From assembly GCF_006345805.1 (NCBI RefSeq), contig NC_043017.1:3348001-3412000 (forward strand): 64,000 bases of DNA. Direction: 5' to 3'. The translations under genes were made by a program, and so were the position numbers. A model generated the notes under the pieces. The model searched no databases. It was not told the DNA's origin and saw only the letters and a list, made by a program, of their open reading frames with translations. Every line of letters begins with the position of its first letter. The first letter of the stretch is position 1. This document shows, piece after piece, positions 38,290 to 51,573 of the stretch. This DNA comes from Octopus sinensis. Taxonomy: Eukaryota.

Positions 38290-38783
38290 TTCTTTTTCTT
38301 CTTCCAGTCAGGTCTCACGCCATTAGCCACAAAGAATAATCCCTAATTCGAGCCGTACTCTAAGCTACTAAGAATGCGTGTGGCAACTTGAAGATCCACC
38401 CACCACACGCGATAGAATGGCGGTTGCACGGGCGCGAAAGCTACGTTGTTATCCTCAATCCGTAAACGGTGGCTTTTAACGGGAGGAGAGCTGAACCATC
38501 CTGGGGTAGAGAGGATTCGCAATCTAGACTGGGGTCTGAAAGTTTACCAGACCATAGTGAGTTACACCATGGTTCTTCTGCTTTGTGGCAGAACTAGGAA
38601 GAGAGAGTGAGAGAAAGTTGTGGTGAAAGAGTACAGCGGGGTTCACCACCACCCCCTGCCAGAGCCTCATGGAGCTTAGGTGTTTTTGCTCAAAAAACAC
38701 TCACAATGGCTGGTCTGGGTATCGAAACCGTGTTCTTACAACCGCGAGTCCGCTGTCCTAACCACTGGGCCATTGCGCCTCCA
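38290..38783 (-). mobile_element. SINE family C (putative tail type 4)
   Basis: C head and body 38597-38783; contiguous CpG-rich 300-bp segment ending in (GAA)n; no TSD seen. Confidence 0.6.
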
Positions 38784-38935
38784 CATTCAGCTGTTGTTTA
38801 GTTCTGCATCAGCTCTAAATAAGTAAACCATTGAGCAGAGGTATTTCCAGTTTTGATAATCTCATCTTTGTTCCCTTCACATAAAACATATCTAGAACTA
38901 CCTCAGCTGCCTACTTTTTTTTTTTTTTATATAAA

Positions 38936-39435
38936 AGGCGCAGGAGTGGCTGTGTGGTAAGTAGCTATAGGCACAGGAGTGGCTGTGTGATAAGTAGCTA
39001 TAGGCGCAGGAGTGGCTGTGTGGTAAGTAGCTTGCTTACCAACCACATGGTTCCGGGTTCAGTCCCACTGCGTGGCATCTTGGGCAAGTGTCTTCTGCTA
39101 TAGCCCCGGGCCGACCAATGCCTTGTGAGTGGATTTGGTAGACGGAAACTGAAAGAAGCCCGTCATATATATGTATATATATATATGTATATATATATAT
39201 ATGTATGTATGTGTGTGTATGTGTTTGTGTGTCTGTGTTTGTCCCCCTAGCATTGCTTGACAACCAATGCTGGTGTGTTTACGTCCCTGTCACTTAGCAG
39301 TTCGGCAAAAGAGACAGATAGAATAAGTACTGGGCTTACAAAGAATAAGTCCCGGGGTCGATTTGCTCGACTAAAGGCGGTGCTCCAGCATGGCCGCAGT
39401 CAAATGACTGAAACATGTAAGAGAGTAAAAGAGTA
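38936..39435 (+). mobile_element. SINE family A, full length, triplicated 33-bp 5' end
   Basis: AGGC(G/A)CAGGAGTGGCTGTGTG.TAAGTAGCT at 38936, 38969 and 39002. Confidence 0.92.
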
Positions 39436-40039
39436 ATATAAGAAATAATAGGAGGATGATTTGGCTGCTATTTCTAGCAGAACAGGTAACAACACCACAG
39501 ACATTTCCTCATTGGTTCGTGAGACTTCTTTCTATTTGCCAACGGGATAAATTGCCAGATGTTTGATGAATTAACTGTCATTTCGGTTGTGTGTTTGCCA
39601 TCAACATGCCACGAGCAATGTTTTGTAACAAATATCTCAATGCCCCAGCGTCAACACTATGCCCACCAAAAATATACAAACATAAATAAAATGAAACAAG
39701 ATAATTTACTGATGTAACATGCTGAAAGTTTATCATTTGAAGATGGGGTGAGTAGGTTTTGTCTTTGAGGAGGAGATATCTACTCTATAATGAAGAAAGG
39801 TGCTCATTAATCGGTTAGCATTATGTAACTTTTACTACAAAAAGGGAGCAATTATTAACGACTACCTCAGGGGTTCCCAACCTTATTTTGCTTGTGGACC
39901 CCCTGAGAGCTGTCTTATCATCTGTGGATCCCATATATGCGCATGTAAATTTTCGAAATAAAATATGTTTGTAGGTTAGTAAAAACTAACAATGACACAA
40001 ATTTTGCTATTTTAGGGTTTTATTTAGGGTTTATTTAGG

Positions 40040-41290
40040 GTTTTAGTCGACCAAATCAACCCCAAGACTTATTTCTGGAAGCGAGTACTTATTCTATTAG
40101 TTCTATTTTGCCTAACTGCTAAGTTACAGGGATGTAAATACGCCAACACTGGTTGTCAAATGGTGATGGGGAACAAATATGGACACACACACACACACAC
40201 ATGGAGATATACGACAGGCTTCTTTCAGTTTCCGTCTACCAAATCCACTTACAAGGCATTGGTTGACCCAAGGCTATAGTAGAAGACACTTGTCCAAAAT
40301 GCCGCATAGTGGGACTGAACCCAGAACCATGTGGTTGGGAAACAAGCATCTTACCACACTGCCACACCTGCGCCTGTCAACAGAAAAGAAATAATTTACA
40401 ATCAATTGTAAATCCTTCAATACGGGTGGAATGGTTTGACGGATTTGGTGGGACCAAGGCCTCCATTGTGCTCCTCACACCCAATTGTACAATTTATCAA
40501 GTCAATCCCTAATTAATTGCTACCTTCAGGTTTGGCCTTTTACCATAAGCATTTGGTAGACCAGTGGTCCTCAACTGGGGTCCATATGGTTCTTGGTGGT
40601 CCTTATAGCCCTTGGTGGTCCAGATAAGATTTTGTTGTTAAAATTTATGGCCAATAAACTGGTAATGTCTCTTCAATATATTCTTTCTTTGTTTTACTCT
40701 TTTTACTTGTTTCAGTCATTTGACTGTGGCCATGCTGGAGCACCGCCTTTAGTCGAGCAAATCGACTCCAGAACTTATTCTTTGTAAGCCAAGTACTTAC
40801 TCTATCGGTCTCTTTTGCCGAACCACTAAGTTACAGAGACGTAAGTTCACCAGCATCAAAGTGATGTTGGGGGGACAAACACAAACACACAAACATATAC
40901 ACACACACACATACATACATATATATATATATATATACATACGGTGGGCTTCTTTCAGTTTCCGTCTACCAAATCCACTCACAAGGCCTTGGTTGGCCAT
41001 GGCTATAGTAAAAGACACTTGCTCAAGGTGCCATGCAGTGGGACTGAACCCAGAACCATGTAGTTCGTAAGCAAGCTACTTACCACACAGCAACTCCTAC
41101 AAAATATTTTAACCATATATATATATGATGGGCTTCTTTCAGTTTCTGTCTACCAAATCTACTCTCAAGGCTTTAGTTAGCCCAAGGCTATTGTAGAAGA
41201 CACTGGTCCAGAGAGTCATGCAGTGGGACTGAACCCAGAACCATGTCGCTGGTAAACAAGCTTCTTACCACACAGCCACACCTGCACCTA
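40040..41290 (-). mobile_element. Three SINE A copies (40040-40375, 40690-41097, 41120-41290)
   Basis: Family A matches, all minus strand. Confidence 0.85.
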
Positions 41291-41806
41291 ACAGGATGTT
41301 TTTTGAACATTGAATGGCTACAACGGCCCATCCAGAGAAATCAAAGAGGCCTTTTGATAAACATTGTTTGAAAACCACAAGAGTAGGCCATTGTCTTGTG
41401 AATGAAATGCCATAAACAGACACTGAATGAAACTTCATTGTTTATATACGTGTGTGTATGCGTATGTGCATGTGTATGCGTAGGTGCGTGTGTGTGTGTG
41501 TGTGGTGTGTGTGTGTGTTTATGTGTGGGAGTGAGTGCTTGTGTTTGCATACATGCATGTACATATGCATGTGTGTGAATGTGTGTGCACTGACAAACTG
41601 TTGCAGCAAACGAAAACACCTTGTGGTATTTATTCCACCTTCCAGGTGGCACAGGTATTTCGCTAATCTTTGACGTAATCAGAAAATCACTGACTCAACA
41701 GGAACTTCTCACCAACGACACAATTATTCATTGAACAAACGCAATTTTGGCAATATTTCAGCACAAAGTGCAGATCTTTGGGTTTAAGAAAGCAAAACAC
41801 TAAATA

Positions 41807-41807
<1 letters not shown>

Positions 41808-41843
<36 letters not shown>

Positions 41844-41878
41844 TGTTGCTGTTGTTGTTGTTGTTGTTGTTGTTGTTG
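41808..41878. repeat. (CTG)n(TTG)n microsatellite
   Basis: Direct reading. Confidence 0.95.
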
Positions 41879-41894
41879 AACTCCAGCTGATGTA

Positions 41895-42127
41895 AGGCGG
41901 CGAGATGGCAGAATCATTAGCATGCCGGGCGAAATGCTTAGCAGTATTTCGTCTGCCGCTACATTCTGAGTTCAAATTCCACCGTGGTCGACTCTGCCTT
42001 TCATCCTTTCGGGGTCGATTAAATAAGTACCGGTTACTCACTGGGGTTGATGTAATAGACTTAATCCCTTTGTCTGTCCTTGTTTGTCCCCTCTATGTTT
42101 AGCCCCTTGTGGGCAATAGAGAAATAA
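41895..42127 (+). mobile_element. SINE family B, full length
   Basis: Family B match. Confidence 0.9.
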
Positions 42128-42239
42128 GATGTAAGGAATCAAGGAGCACATAATCCACTGTACTTCTACTTTTTAAGGCAACAGGACATGATTTGAGAGT
42201 TAGAATTACCAAGTGTTTGGGAAATAAACTTCTTAACCA

Positions 42240-42432
42240 CAACAGACAAATACATAACAAAAACTCCAGGACTAACAAGTATATATAACATACAGAAAAT
42301 AGCACTACTGGGTACTGCACACATCCTACGTAAAACACTTTCAAAACAGTAACAATAAGAACATCATAACAGACCCAAGGCACACAGAACTGCACTCGGT
42401 GGTGCAGTGAATGCACATGATGATAATAACGA
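42240..42432 (+). pseudogene. R4/Dong-like non-LTR 3' remnant
   Basis: IQKIALLGTAHILRKTLSKQ* (stop 42350-52), then 3' UTR and (TGA/TAA) tail. Confidence 0.75.
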
Positions 42433-42454
42433 TAATTTACACAAAAATGTTGAG

Positions 42455-42695
42455 GATAATGTTTTATCATGGGTGACCGAAGTATTTGGAGATAATTAGG
42501 TGTTCACACAAGACAGCGCTCCTTCTCATACAACAAGTGTGATACAGCTGTGGTGCCGGATCCATTTCAGTGGGTTCTGAAACAAGAATGTGTGCAACCC
42601 CGACTCCAGCTTAGACGTCAATCCCCATGGACTTTGCTATTTGGTCCATTCTAGAAAATTACATTTCAAGGGTCTCCTACAAAACTCCTGAGAGT
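42455..42695 (+). pseudogene. DD37D-like Tc1/mariner transposase remnant
   Basis: VFTQDSAPSHTT...WC..HFSGF*...SLDVNP (frameshift) MDFAIWSILE resembles QDGAPAH...SPDLNPMD..IWS.LE. Confidence 0.75.
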
Positions 42696-42696
42696 T

Positions 42697-43321
42697 GCTG
42701 AAGCATGGAACAAACTGCCGGCATCAGTTGTTAGTTGTCGGAGCACTGCATCCTTCAAAACTTCCATGCTTCTTGAGAGATTCGCCAACACTATACCAGA
42801 TCTTCTCCCCTCCATACACACGCTGAAGCATGGAACAAACTGCCGGCATCAGTTGTTAGTTGTCGGAGCACTGCATCCTTCAAAACTTCCATGCTTCCTG
42901 AGAGATTCGCCAACACTACACCAGATCTTCTCCCCTCCATACACACGCTGAAGCATGGAACAAACTGCCGGCATCAGTTGTTAGTTGTCGGAGCACTGCA
43001 TCCTTCAAAACTTCCATGCTTCCTGAGAGATTCGCCAACACTACACCAGATCTTCTCCCCTCCATACACACGCTGAAGCATGGAACAAACTGCCGGCATC
43101 AGTTGTTAGTTGTCGGAGCACTGCATCCTTCAAAACTTCCATGCTTCCTGAGAGATTCGCCAACACTACACCTGATTTTCTCCCCTCCATACACACACAG
43201 GCATGTATCTGACTCATGCATTGTTCGCTTTCCAGACATTTGTACATTACTGCATATACTCTGACAAGTTGTGGCGCACCTGAGCACTGTATACAATAAT
43301 TTCATTATTATTATTATTATT
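42697..43321 (+). mobile_element. CR1-like LINE 3' fragment with four tandem 125-bp units
   Basis: Units at 42697, 42822, 42947, 43072 encode AWNKLPASVVSCRSTASFK; unique 3' UTR and (TTA)n follow. Confidence 0.88.
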
Positions 43322-43639
43322 ATAAAAATATCACCACTCTGAAGAAAGCCTTAGTCACCTCAAGGGATCGTTTAAGTGAAGAAGTCATCCCAGCATTTGT
43401 GTGAATCTGTTCTTGGCCTTCTTCAGGTGATTGTGAAAGCTAAAGGCAGATATATTGAAGGAAATAACCATATTTAATTAAATCCTAAAGAACTTGTGTG
43501 TTTTTTATGCCCTTTATTAACAATTATGACTAAAAATTAATTAGGAATTCTTTACAGCAGATCCTGTGTATAAAATACACGCATTTGTTTACTTGTTTCT
43601 ATACATACACACACACACTGTATAATTAAGTATATACCT

Positions 43640-43985
43640 GTGTGTGTGTATGTGCATGTACGGGTACGTGTGTGTAGGAGTGTAAATGTGTGCATGTATG
43701 TGTACATGTGTGTGTGTAGGAGTGTAAATGTATGTGCATGTAAGTGTGTATGTAGGGGTGTAAATGTGTGTGCATATATGTGTACGTGTGTGTGTGTAGG
43801 AGTGTAAATGTGTGCATGTATGTGTACATGTGTGTGTGTGTAGGAGTGTAAATGTATGTGCATGTAAGTGTGTGTGTAGGAGTGTAAATGTGTGTGCATG
43901 TATGTGTACGTGTGTGTGTGTAGGAGTGTAAATGTGCATGCACGCATGTGTTTGTGTGTGTGTGTTTGTGTGTGTATAAACATTG
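43640..43985. repeat. Minisatellite of about 40 bp, (TG)n-TAGGAGTGTAAATG
   Basis: About seven TAGG(A/G)GTGTAAATG cores. Confidence 0.9.
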
Positions 43986-44884
43986 CATAAAAGCACTAAT
44001 GCTAAACGCATCTACCCAGGGTAGGTGTGCACTAAACATATGTGCTAATCAGTGGTATCTGACTAAAAACAGACAACTGACACAGAAACCCACCCAATCC
44101 TTCCTCTACAATCATTTCCCATAAAGCTTCCATCTTTCATCCCATTTCTCTGTTTACTTTTCAAATTCTTCCACCATTGTTTATTTCTTTACATAAGCTT
44201 CTCTCTCTCTCTCTCCCCTTTTCCCCATCTTTCTCTCTCTCTCTTTCTCCCTGTCTTTATTTCTCTGTCTTTCTCTCACTCTCAGACATATATGAGCATT
44301 TCTATCCAATAACAGGACATTGACATCAATTCACCCCCACCCATTCACCCACCTACCGACTTCTGCTCATCTCATACCTTGAGGGGTGACTTGGATACCT
44401 CATCTCCCCTTTCATCTCCCTCTCTCTCTTTCTCACTTTCTCACTCTCTCTCTCTTTCTCACTCTCTCTCTTTCTCACTCTTTCTCTCTCTTTCTCACTC
44501 TCTCTTTCTCACTCTCTCTCTCTCACTCTCTTTCTCTCTCTCCCTTACTAAATGTGAATAGTCATGCAACTCTTCCACAAAAACCTACTTTGCCCCCCCC
44601 CCCGCCTCCATCCCCCTACCTTTCACTCATACATTAATCCCCTCCTCCCCACCCCCACCCCTCATTCCCTAGCATAAAGCCAATCACATCAGTCGCCAGG
44701 TTGCAGTTGGTACAACAAAAGTTTTAACACCAAATAATAAATACTTGAGTGAAATTAAGTGAAGTTTTTGTGGGTTTTTTTGTAGCAGTTTTCTAATGAC
44801 TAATGCTTGTGTCCCATGCTGTAATTGTACAGTCACACACACACACACACACATATAATATATGAGGTGCATTCAAAAAGTTTC

Positions 44885-45411
44885 CTATTTCTTTACTGCT
44901 CACAAGGGGCTACACACAGAGGGGACAAACAAGGACAAACAAAGGGATAAAGTTGGATGAAATACCTATTTCTTTACTACTCACAAGGGGCTAAACATAG
45001 AGGAGACAAACAAGGACAGACAAAGGTATTAAGTCGATTACATCGACCCCAGTGCATAACTGGTACTTAATTTATCGACCCCGAAAGGATGAAAGGCAAA
45101 GTCGACCTCGGCGGAATTTGAACTCAGAACGTAGCGGCAGACGAAATACTTATTTCTTTACTACACACAAGGGGCTAAACATAGAGGGGACAAACAAGGA
45201 CAGACAAACGGATTAAGTCGATTACATCGACCCCAGTTCGTAACTGGTACTTAATCTATCAACCCCAAAAGGATGAAAGGCAAAGTCGACCTCGGTGGAA
45301 TTTGAACTCAGAACGTAGCGGCAGACGAAATACTACTAAGCATTTCACCCAGCGTGCTAATGTTTCTTATTTCTTTATTGCCCACAAGGGGCTAAACATA
45401 GAGGGGACAAA
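44885..45411 (-). mobile_element. SINE family B tandem array
   Basis: Tail CACAAGGGGCTA recurs at about 44900, 44981, 45166 and 45382. Confidence 0.88.
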
Positions 45412-46326
45412 CAGTAGCTTAACTGGGGTGGAGCAAGGGGGGACACGTGCCCCAGATGCAAATTAAAGCAGGGGCCGCCTCATCAAAAGCAAGAAAGGTG
45501 AGACTTTAGGTTTTTTGGCGATGTTTCGTTTGTTGTAGCACACGTTTCCGTCGATTTCCTCCGTCGATTGTCGATTTCCTCCGTCGATTTCCGTAAAAAA
45601 TGTAAACACTGAATCGGCCATACATACATACATACATACATACATACATACATACACACATACATACACACACACATACATACACACACACATACATACA
45701 CACACACACATACATAGATACATACACACACACACACATACATATACACATACACCCAGTAAAAAATTTCAGTTATCTCTCTCTTTCACACATTACTCTC
45801 TCTGTCTCTTCGCACACACTAACAGAAGCACTTCACTTACACAACATACTGTCTGTCTCCCACACCCCATCAAACACACACACGGGGACTTCAAAAAGAA
45901 ATTCCCTCGTCATAAAATCGCTTCCTCTTAGTCTCTTTCGCTCTCATTACTTCAAATATTCCCGCAAAGCCATATGTAAAAAAATAAAAGTTTTTTACGG
46001 AAATCGACGGAAACGTGTGCTACGACAACCGAAACTTCGCCGGTTTTTTTAATGTTTCAATCAGAGAAGCTGATTTTTTAATGTTTCAATCAGAGAAACA
46101 AGGAGGTTTCATAAAAACAAACATTAAAAAAATATATTTTGAATTACAGGTTGTACTGAACCGACAGGTGAATGAACCCTGGTAAAGTATTTATTCCTAA
46201 AATACTGCCTAAAAACATTAATTACTTGTAACAAATAAATACTGTATAATGTTGTGGATTTTGTAATGGTAGGGGTCACATTTTTGCAGCTTGCCCCAGG
46301 TGTGGTTTACCCTAGCTATGCCACTG
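45412..46326. mobile_element. Non-autonomous hAT-like element with internal inverted repeat
   Basis: Ends CAGTAGCTTAACTGGGG / CCCTAGCTATGCCACTG; 45517-45600 inverted at 45991-46042; no TSD. Confidence 0.55.
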
Positions 46327-46334
46327 TTGGTATG

Positions 46335-46816
46335 TTAACCCTTTCATTACCAACCTAGCAGAAACTGCCTCTGGCTCTGTAGTATAAATGTCTTGTTTCC
46401 AAAAGTTTAGAATTAAAATCTTCCACCAAACCTTAGTCACAATTTATGTTCCTAACACTAGCTTAGTGATAACTAAGTTATTTTACGAAATTCTTTGTTA
46501 TATTTAAAATTAATTGAAAGAAACACAGAGTATCTCAACAGAAATATGGTAACAAAAGGGTTAAAAAATATAATAGAAAAACAATTCTTAACCCTTTTGA
46601 TACCAACCTGGCTGAAACTGCCTCTCGCTCTGTAGTACAAATGTCTTGTTTTCATAAGTTTTGAATTAAAATCGCCCACCAAACCTTAGTCACAATTTAT
46701 GTTCCTAACACTAACTTAATGATAACTAAGTTATTTTACTAAATTCCTTGTTATATTTAAAGTAATTCAAAGAAACACAGAGCATCTCAAAATAAATACA
46801 GTAACGAAAGGGTTAA
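46335..46816 (+). mobile_element. Dimer of the TTAA MITE
   Basis: TTAA 46335-38, unit 46339-46560, linker, unit 46592-46812, TTAA 46813-16. Confidence 0.9.
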
Positions 46817-47149
46817 TGTTAGTAAATGTTTAAGTGAAAATCTGAAAAGGGTTGAATTTTCAAGTAAAAAAAAAAGGAAACTGGTTAACATGAACTTTAC
46901 AGACACATTCAGTAAGTGGAAAAGTTAAGATATGTGAGGCTTTCATAAAGTTTGATATTTAGCCATTGTTGTTGTTGTGATCCAAAATCAGTGATAGGAG
47001 TGTTTGTTTCTTTGTGAGAAACCAGTTTCTTCTTAATAGAAGGAATGCTAACAAATGAAAGAAAAAGTAGGTCTGTGTACATAGATTTTTGGCTATTAAT
47101 ATTTTTCCCAGAAGGAGGGAGTTGGCTTCTAGTAATACATGAGTGAATG

Positions 47150-47547
47150 CATGCATGGATGCACATACACACATACATACACTTAAGCATATAGACATGT
47201 ATACATACATACATACACTTAAGCATATAGACATGTATACATACATATATGTATACATACACACATATATGCATACATACACACATATATGCATGCATAG
47301 ATATATACATACATGCATACATACATTTCATACATATATGCATACATACACATATATATGCATACAAAGATGCATACATACATACATAAGCATATACACA
47401 TGTATGCATACATATATGTATACATACATATATGTATACATACATACATACATATATGCATGCATAGATATATACATACATACATACTTGCATGCATACA
47501 TACATATATACATACATGCATATACACATGCATACATACATGCATAT

Positions 47548-47578
<31 letters not shown>

Positions 47579-47670
47579 CATGCATACATACATACATACA
47601 CATACATACATACATACATACATACATACACATACATACATACATACATACATGCATGCATGCATGCACC
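47150..47670. repeat. (TACA/CATA)n-rich microsatellite
   Basis: Direct reading. Confidence 0.93.
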
Positions 47671-48143
47671 CATAAACCAGGGTAGGACAGCAGAACTGGG
47701 GCATTGAACAGAAACCTCATGTGGTATTTAGTTTCATGTCATTTACAGTCTTTTGACTCCGTATAATCTACATCCCCATACAGCCTCCATAGAAAAACAT
47801 CTGACAAAATACTAGAAGCAGTTATAATTGACACCAGTCATCAAAGAAGCTGGTGCCCCTCGTGACCGGCATCCTGCAACTGAAAGCGTTAAAAGATTAA
47901 AATAACATAGATGAATGAAAGTTTGAAGAATTGAGTTAACCATTTGAATAAATACTGTGGAATTCTTGCTGTGCATTTGACGTGAGAACCAGTGTAAAAT
48001 AGTTATGCAATACCATATACACTTAGCCACTTGCTTCTGTGATGTTAGAAAGAAATTAAACACAGATGGTGCAAGTCTCCTACAAAGGAGAAAGACAAAC
48101 AAGTTGAATGTGACTCTTCTGGAAGTAAATATTATAAAAGAAG

Positions 48144-48467
48144 ACTAGCACTATGACCTGGCAACGCCGGGTCATAGTGCTAGTGCATGCATACACAGCT
48201 GCGTGCGTGCGCACATACACGCGAGTACTGTCCAAATCTCCGACCAATCACATACAGGTAGCTGGCATTCAATTGGCGTATCAAGTTTCGGGCATTTTGA
48301 TTGAGTTTTGGATAGAAAATTCACAAAAAAGTCATTTCTATTGATTTTTTAACGGCTTTGCTGGGTGACTGGGGAAATGTAAAGATGTGCACGACCACCC
48401 TTGGACGGTTTTGAAAGACCATAGAAAGTGCGAGCCCTCTAACTGAAAAATTGTGGATTTGTATAAA

Positions 48468-48501
<34 letters not shown>

Positions 48502-48523
48502 TTTGACGTTTATATATATAGAG
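48144..48523 (+). mobile_element. Helentron/DINE-like element with 41-nt terminal hairpin
   Basis: ACTAGCACTATGACC-TGGCAACGCCG-GGTCATAGTGCTAGT; ends with (AC)n and TTTATATATATAGAG. Confidence 0.6.
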
Positions 48524-48899
48524 ATGCTGCTTGTGTTCAGAAGTTTACTGAGTGGTCATGTAGTTTTTCAGGGTTTGGTTCCATTGTACTGGACTTTGAG
48601 CAAGTTTCTTAGATCAAGTTCTTAAATCAACCCAAGCTTTTGTGAGTGAAATTTGGTAAATGGGAAACTATGCAGAAGCCTACACACTGGATGTAGGCTT
48701 CTCCCTATTCTTGTATGGCAGGTCTAATCCACTGCCTGATTAAATATGACTACTTGGCCCTTGGTTATCTTTAACATTTGGACCAGGGCTCCAGTTTCAT
48801 CAACATCATTTTAACATACTACCATAACCCTGGACCAACCAATGCCTTGTAAGAGAATTTTGTAAAATGGAAACTGTGTGGAAGCCCATTAACCCATCA

Positions 48900-49068
48900 T
48901 AGATAGATAGAGAGATAGATAGATAGATAGATAGGTAGATAGATAGATAGATGTGTGTGTGTGTGTGCGTGTGCACATGTGTGTGTGTATGTGTTTGTCC
49001 ACTTCCACCCTTCACTGCTTGAAGAAGAAGAAGAAGAAGAAGAAGAAGAAGAAGAAGAAGAAGAAGAA

Positions 49069-49121
<53 letters not shown>

Positions 49122-49125
49122 AACA
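48900..49125. repeat. (GATA)n, (TG)n, (GAA)n, (GAAA)n tracts
   Basis: Direct reading. Confidence 0.95.
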
Positions 49126-49486
49126 GGTAGAGCAATATTAAATCCATCTTGTTGCAAATTGATAGCAGGAATATGCCTGCAGAGACCAAAGTATAAATGA
49201 CAAGAAAAACAGAAAAGAGAGGAGGTTGGCACAATATATATTACGCAGACTCAGAGGATTCTCTGCTTTGAAGCAGATTAACAATAAAAAACAAACAAAT
49301 ACTGAACAGCAAAAACTTCAAACAACAACTAATATTTTCACACACTGCAACTTGATATCTCAACTTCCAAATCTCCATGTTTTTCAACCAAATTTGTCAA
49401 AGCTTTCTGTAGCAGAATTAATGGTTATATGAGCATTCTAAAAATCTGACGATTTCTTTTCCATTCTTTCTTTTTTTTACTTTTAA

Positions 49487-49820
49487 AGTAAAGGCACAGC
49501 TGTGGTTGTATGATAAGAAGCCTGCTTGTCACCCACATAGCTCCAGGTACCATTGCATTGCATGGCACCTTCGGTAGGTGCCTTCCACAACAACCTCAGG
49601 CTAACCAAAGCCTTGTGAATAGATTTAGCAGACAGAAACCAAAAGAAGACTGTCGTATGTATATGTGTGTGTGTGTAAAATCGCAGTTGTGGAAGATACA
49701 AGCATCAAGCAAATGGCACCAGTGCGTGTCCTCCGCAACCACTTGACAACTGATGTTGGGGTGTTTACATTCTCATAACTTAGCGGTTTGGTAAAAGAGA
49801 TCGATAGAATATATACCAGG
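49487..49820 (+). mobile_element. SINE family A, diverged
   Basis: Family A match. Confidence 0.75.
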
Positions 49821-50474
49821 CTGATTCATTCAGCTAGAAATTTTTCAGCGACAATTTCATCTTTAGGCGCTCTTCCTTCTGAGCCTAGCTATTAGTATAA
49901 ATTCAGCACATCTAAATATAATATTGCTTGCTTGCTTGCAATGTTACTCAGCCAAACTGGAGCATAATGAGAAAATACTATGAATTAACTGAAATGTTAA
50001 TAAGAACGGAATGAAACAATTTTGCGTAAATTAGAGCAGTAGTTATTGAGATATTTGGGGTGTGGCGGTACAAATACCTAAAATGGTGCAGAATGGGAAA
50101 AAGTTCTGAATTTAACTTCATTCCGAAAAGGAAGAAACTCTAACCTTTCGATGTCACATTCGTTGAAAGCATGCAAAATAACCTGGAAAAGAAAAGACCC
50201 ACAAAACAAAACCCCATCGCTGGGAAACTCAGACTTTCCCAGTGACCCAACAGATCACAGGTAGTGTAGTAAATTTTTAAAATGTATTCTTTCTGTGCAG
50301 CAGCCTGGTACTGGACCATGGCCTGGTGATTGGAGACCCTGCATGAGAGAATAAAATACAAATTTATGATAAATTATTACCAGTCTCTTTTTCCTGACTG
50401 AATATTATTTAAATGTGAACCATTGATATTCCTAATTCAAAACTGAGGAGTGTAAATTTACCTTTGACTGCCCG

Positions 50475-50750
50475 TATCATCATTTAACGTCCATTTTCTA
50501 TGCTGGCATGGGTCGGATGGTTTGACTGGAACAGACAAGTCAGAAGACTGCACCAAGCCCCATTGTCTGCTTCAGCAAGGTTTCTACAGCTGGATGCCCT
50601 TCCTAATGCTAACCTCTTTATGGAGTGTACTGGATGCGTCTCTTCTCACTGTTGCACCAGCAGCAGTGGGGTCACAAATTAACTTGCAGGACAAGGACAA
50701 GGCAGAGGGAAAAGTAAGGAGGGACCAAAAAAAGGTGTCTTGCATTAGAG
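50475..50750 (-). mobile_element. Family E repeat
   Basis: CATCATTTAACGTCC...ACAGCTGGATGCCCTTCCTAA. Confidence 0.75.
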
Positions 50751-50756
50751 AAGAGA

Positions 50757-51573
50757 CATGGCCACCTTGGGCACCTCGGGCAAGTGTCTTCTACTATAGC
50801 CTTGGGCCAACCAAAGCCTTGTGAGTGGATTTGGTAGATAGAAATTAAAAGAAGCCCGTCGTTTATATGTATGTGTGTGTGTGTGTGTGTGTGTGTGCGC
50901 ATGTGTGTCTGTGTTTATCCCCCAACCATTGCTTCACAACCGATGTTGATGAGTTTACATCCCCATAACTTAGTGGTTCAGCAAAAGAGCCTGATAGAAT
51001 AAGTACTGGGGTCAATTTGCTCATCTAAAGGCAGTGCTCCAGCATGACCACAGTCAAACGACTGAAACAAATAAAAGAATAAAAGAATGTAGCTTTCTCT
51101 ACTGAGATATTACAGCGAGTCCATCACGTCTATGTGTATTACTCTTTTACTCTTTTATTTGTTTCAGTCATTTGACTGTGGCCATGCTGGAGCACCGCCT
51201 TTAATCGAGCAACTCGACCCCGGGACTTATTCTTTTTGTAAGCCCAGTACTTATTCTATCGGTCTCTTTTTGCCGAACCGCTAAGTAACAGGGACATAAA
51301 CACACCAACATCGGTTGTCGAGCGATGATGGGGGGACAAACACAGACACACAAACACACACACGCATATATATATATATATAATATATATATATATATAT
51401 ACATATATACGACGGGCTTCTTTCAGTTTCCGTCTCTCAAATCCACTCACAAGGCTTTGGTCGGCCCGAGGCTATAGTAGAAGACACTTGCCCAAGGTGC
51501 CACGCAGTAGGACTGAACCCAGAACCATGTGGTTGGTAAGCAAACTACTTACCACACAGCCACTCCTGCGCCT
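50757..51573. mobile_element. Tail-to-tail inverted pair of SINE A (+ 50757-51088, - 51141-51573)
   Basis: Family A matches about 52 bp apart. Confidence 0.88.

Noticed and set aside
40012-40045. TTAGGG-containing repeat as interstitial telomere
   Set aside because: Three copies of an 11-bp unit TTTAGGGTTTA, not a hexamer array
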